DNA of 23,972 nt from positions 1 to 23,972 of the forward strand of contig JAJRVL010000008.1 of assembly GCA_024277355.1 (NCBI GenBank), written 5' to 3'. Shown piece after piece: positions 23,091-23,972 of the stretch (the first letter of the stretch is position 1; each line of letters starts with the position of its first letter). A program made the position numbers and the translations under genes. The stretch comes from an archaeon (GTDB taxonomy: Archaea > Iainarchaeota > Iainarchaeia > Iainarchaeales > 1-14-0-10-31-34). The notes under the pieces were generated by a model. The model was not told the DNA's origin, searched no databases, and saw nothing but the letters and a program-made list of their open reading frames with translations.

Positions 23091-23972
23091 ATGAATACAG
23101 TCAGAATAGGAAAATTAAGGTTAAAAAACTTTAAATCATTCAGAAAAGCAAGCATTCCTTTCAGCAAAGGATTTACTGCAATAGTTGGAAGCAATGGAAG
23201 CGGAAAAAGCAATATATTAGATGCAATAATGTTTGTTTTGGGAATGACTTCATTGAAAATGATGAGGGCCTCACAATTAATTGATTTAGTTAACAATGAA
23301 TCAAAAGAAGATTATGCTTTAGATGAAATGGAATTAATTGAAAAAGAAAAAAAATATTTAATTTCAAGGACAATAGACAAACAAGGGAAATCAGTTTATA
23401 GAATTGACTCAAAAAGAACTACCTTAAACGAAGTTACTTCATTGTTAAATGAATTAGGAATAAGTGCAACAGGATATAATATTGTGGTCCAAGGAGATGT
23501 TACAAGAATAATTGAAATGAATCCAGTTCAAAGAAGAGAAATAATAGATGATTTAGCCGGATTAAGTGAATTTGACAACAAAAAAAACGAATCAATAAAA
23601 GAATTAGACAAAGTTAACACAAAAATAAAAGAAATAACTATTGTGTTAAAAGAAAGAGAAACTTATATTGAAGAATTAGAAAAAGAAAGAAAAGCTGCAA
23701 TAGAATACCAGGAATTAACCAAAGAACACACTCAGGTTAAATTCACTATTATAAAAGAAGAAATAAAAAAAATAAGCAGTTTAATGCAGGAAAATGAAAA
23801 AAAAATAAGTTTAGTGAAAGAAAAAAAAGAAGAAATATTAAAACATAAAATAGAAATAGAAAAAGAAGAAACAGAATTAACTGCAAAAATAGAAGAAATA
23901 AATAATAAAATAATTGAAGCAAAAGAAAAAACTTATTCAGGAGTAGGAATAGAAATAGAAGAAACTAAATCA
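23091..23972 (+). CDS. smc: SMC chromosome segregation ATPase, N-terminal head + start of coiled coil (3' end beyond window)
   Basis: The ATG at 23091 opens a frame that runs to the window end, 294 codons with no stop, so it is absent from the ORF track. Motifs are KLRLKNFKSFRKASIPFSKGFTAIVGSNGSGKSNILDAIMFVLG (Walker A) and NIVVQGDVTRIIEMNPVQRREIIDDLAGLSEF (SMC QG/ERR motif). E/K-rich coiled coil follows. Confidence 0.9.
   Translation, partial: MNTVRIGKLRLKNFKSFRKASIPFSKGFTAIVGSNGSGKSNILDAIMFVLGMTSLKMMRASQLIDLVNNESKEDYALDEMELIEKEKKYLISRTIDKQGKSVYRIDSKRTTLNEVTSLLNELGISATGYNIVVQGDVTRIIEMNPVQRREIIDDLAGLSEFDNKKNESIKELDKVNTKIKEITIVLKERETYIEELEKERKAAIEYQELTKEHTQVKFTIIKEEIKKISSLMQENEKKISLVKEKKEEILKHKIEIEKEETELTAKIEEINNKIIEAKEKTYSGVGIEIEETKS

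Overview
The window is visibly AT-rich and very tightly packed. It holds about 27 protein genes and one tRNA, and almost every intergenic gap is under 150 bp. It looks archaeal. The tRNA-Ala carries a 21-nt intron at the canonical 37/38 position, and TTTAAAT-type TATA boxes sit about 26-30 nt upstream of several starts. The composition fits a small-genome, DPANN-type archaeon, but that assignment is inference. No CRISPR array, transposase, integrase, rRNA or obvious prophage or defence genes were seen.

Gene content, left to right:
- Two divergently transcribed secreted proteins: a BNR/Asp-box propeller, and an FN3 lipoprotein carrying 15 very regular 26-aa two-Cys repeats.
- rpe and tRNA-Ala(CGC).
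- An M17 leucyl aminopeptidase interrupted by a single in-frame TGA.
- Two small minus-strand genes, one membrane protein and one basic helical protein.
- A 1033-aa HerA/FtsK-type P-loop ATPase with long extensions at both ends.
- A translationally coupled glmS - GNAT - HAD::YvcK(GlmR-like) operon.
- A wHTH protein ending in a perfect EF-hand loop.
- An orphan PTS-EIIB-like protein.
- A co-directional membrane/envelope cluster: DUF202, a small protein, DUF4013, an S2P/M50 protease with CBS domains, a GT-C glycosyltransferase-like protein and DUF3179.
- Two unannotatable minus-strand proteins, a polytopic membrane protein, and the 5' part of smc.

The best candidates for something undescribed are the glmS-GNAT-HAD::YvcK module, the extended HerA-like ATPase with its divergent partners, and the Cys-repeat surface protein. 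All functional calls rest on motif recognition by eye, with no database search.
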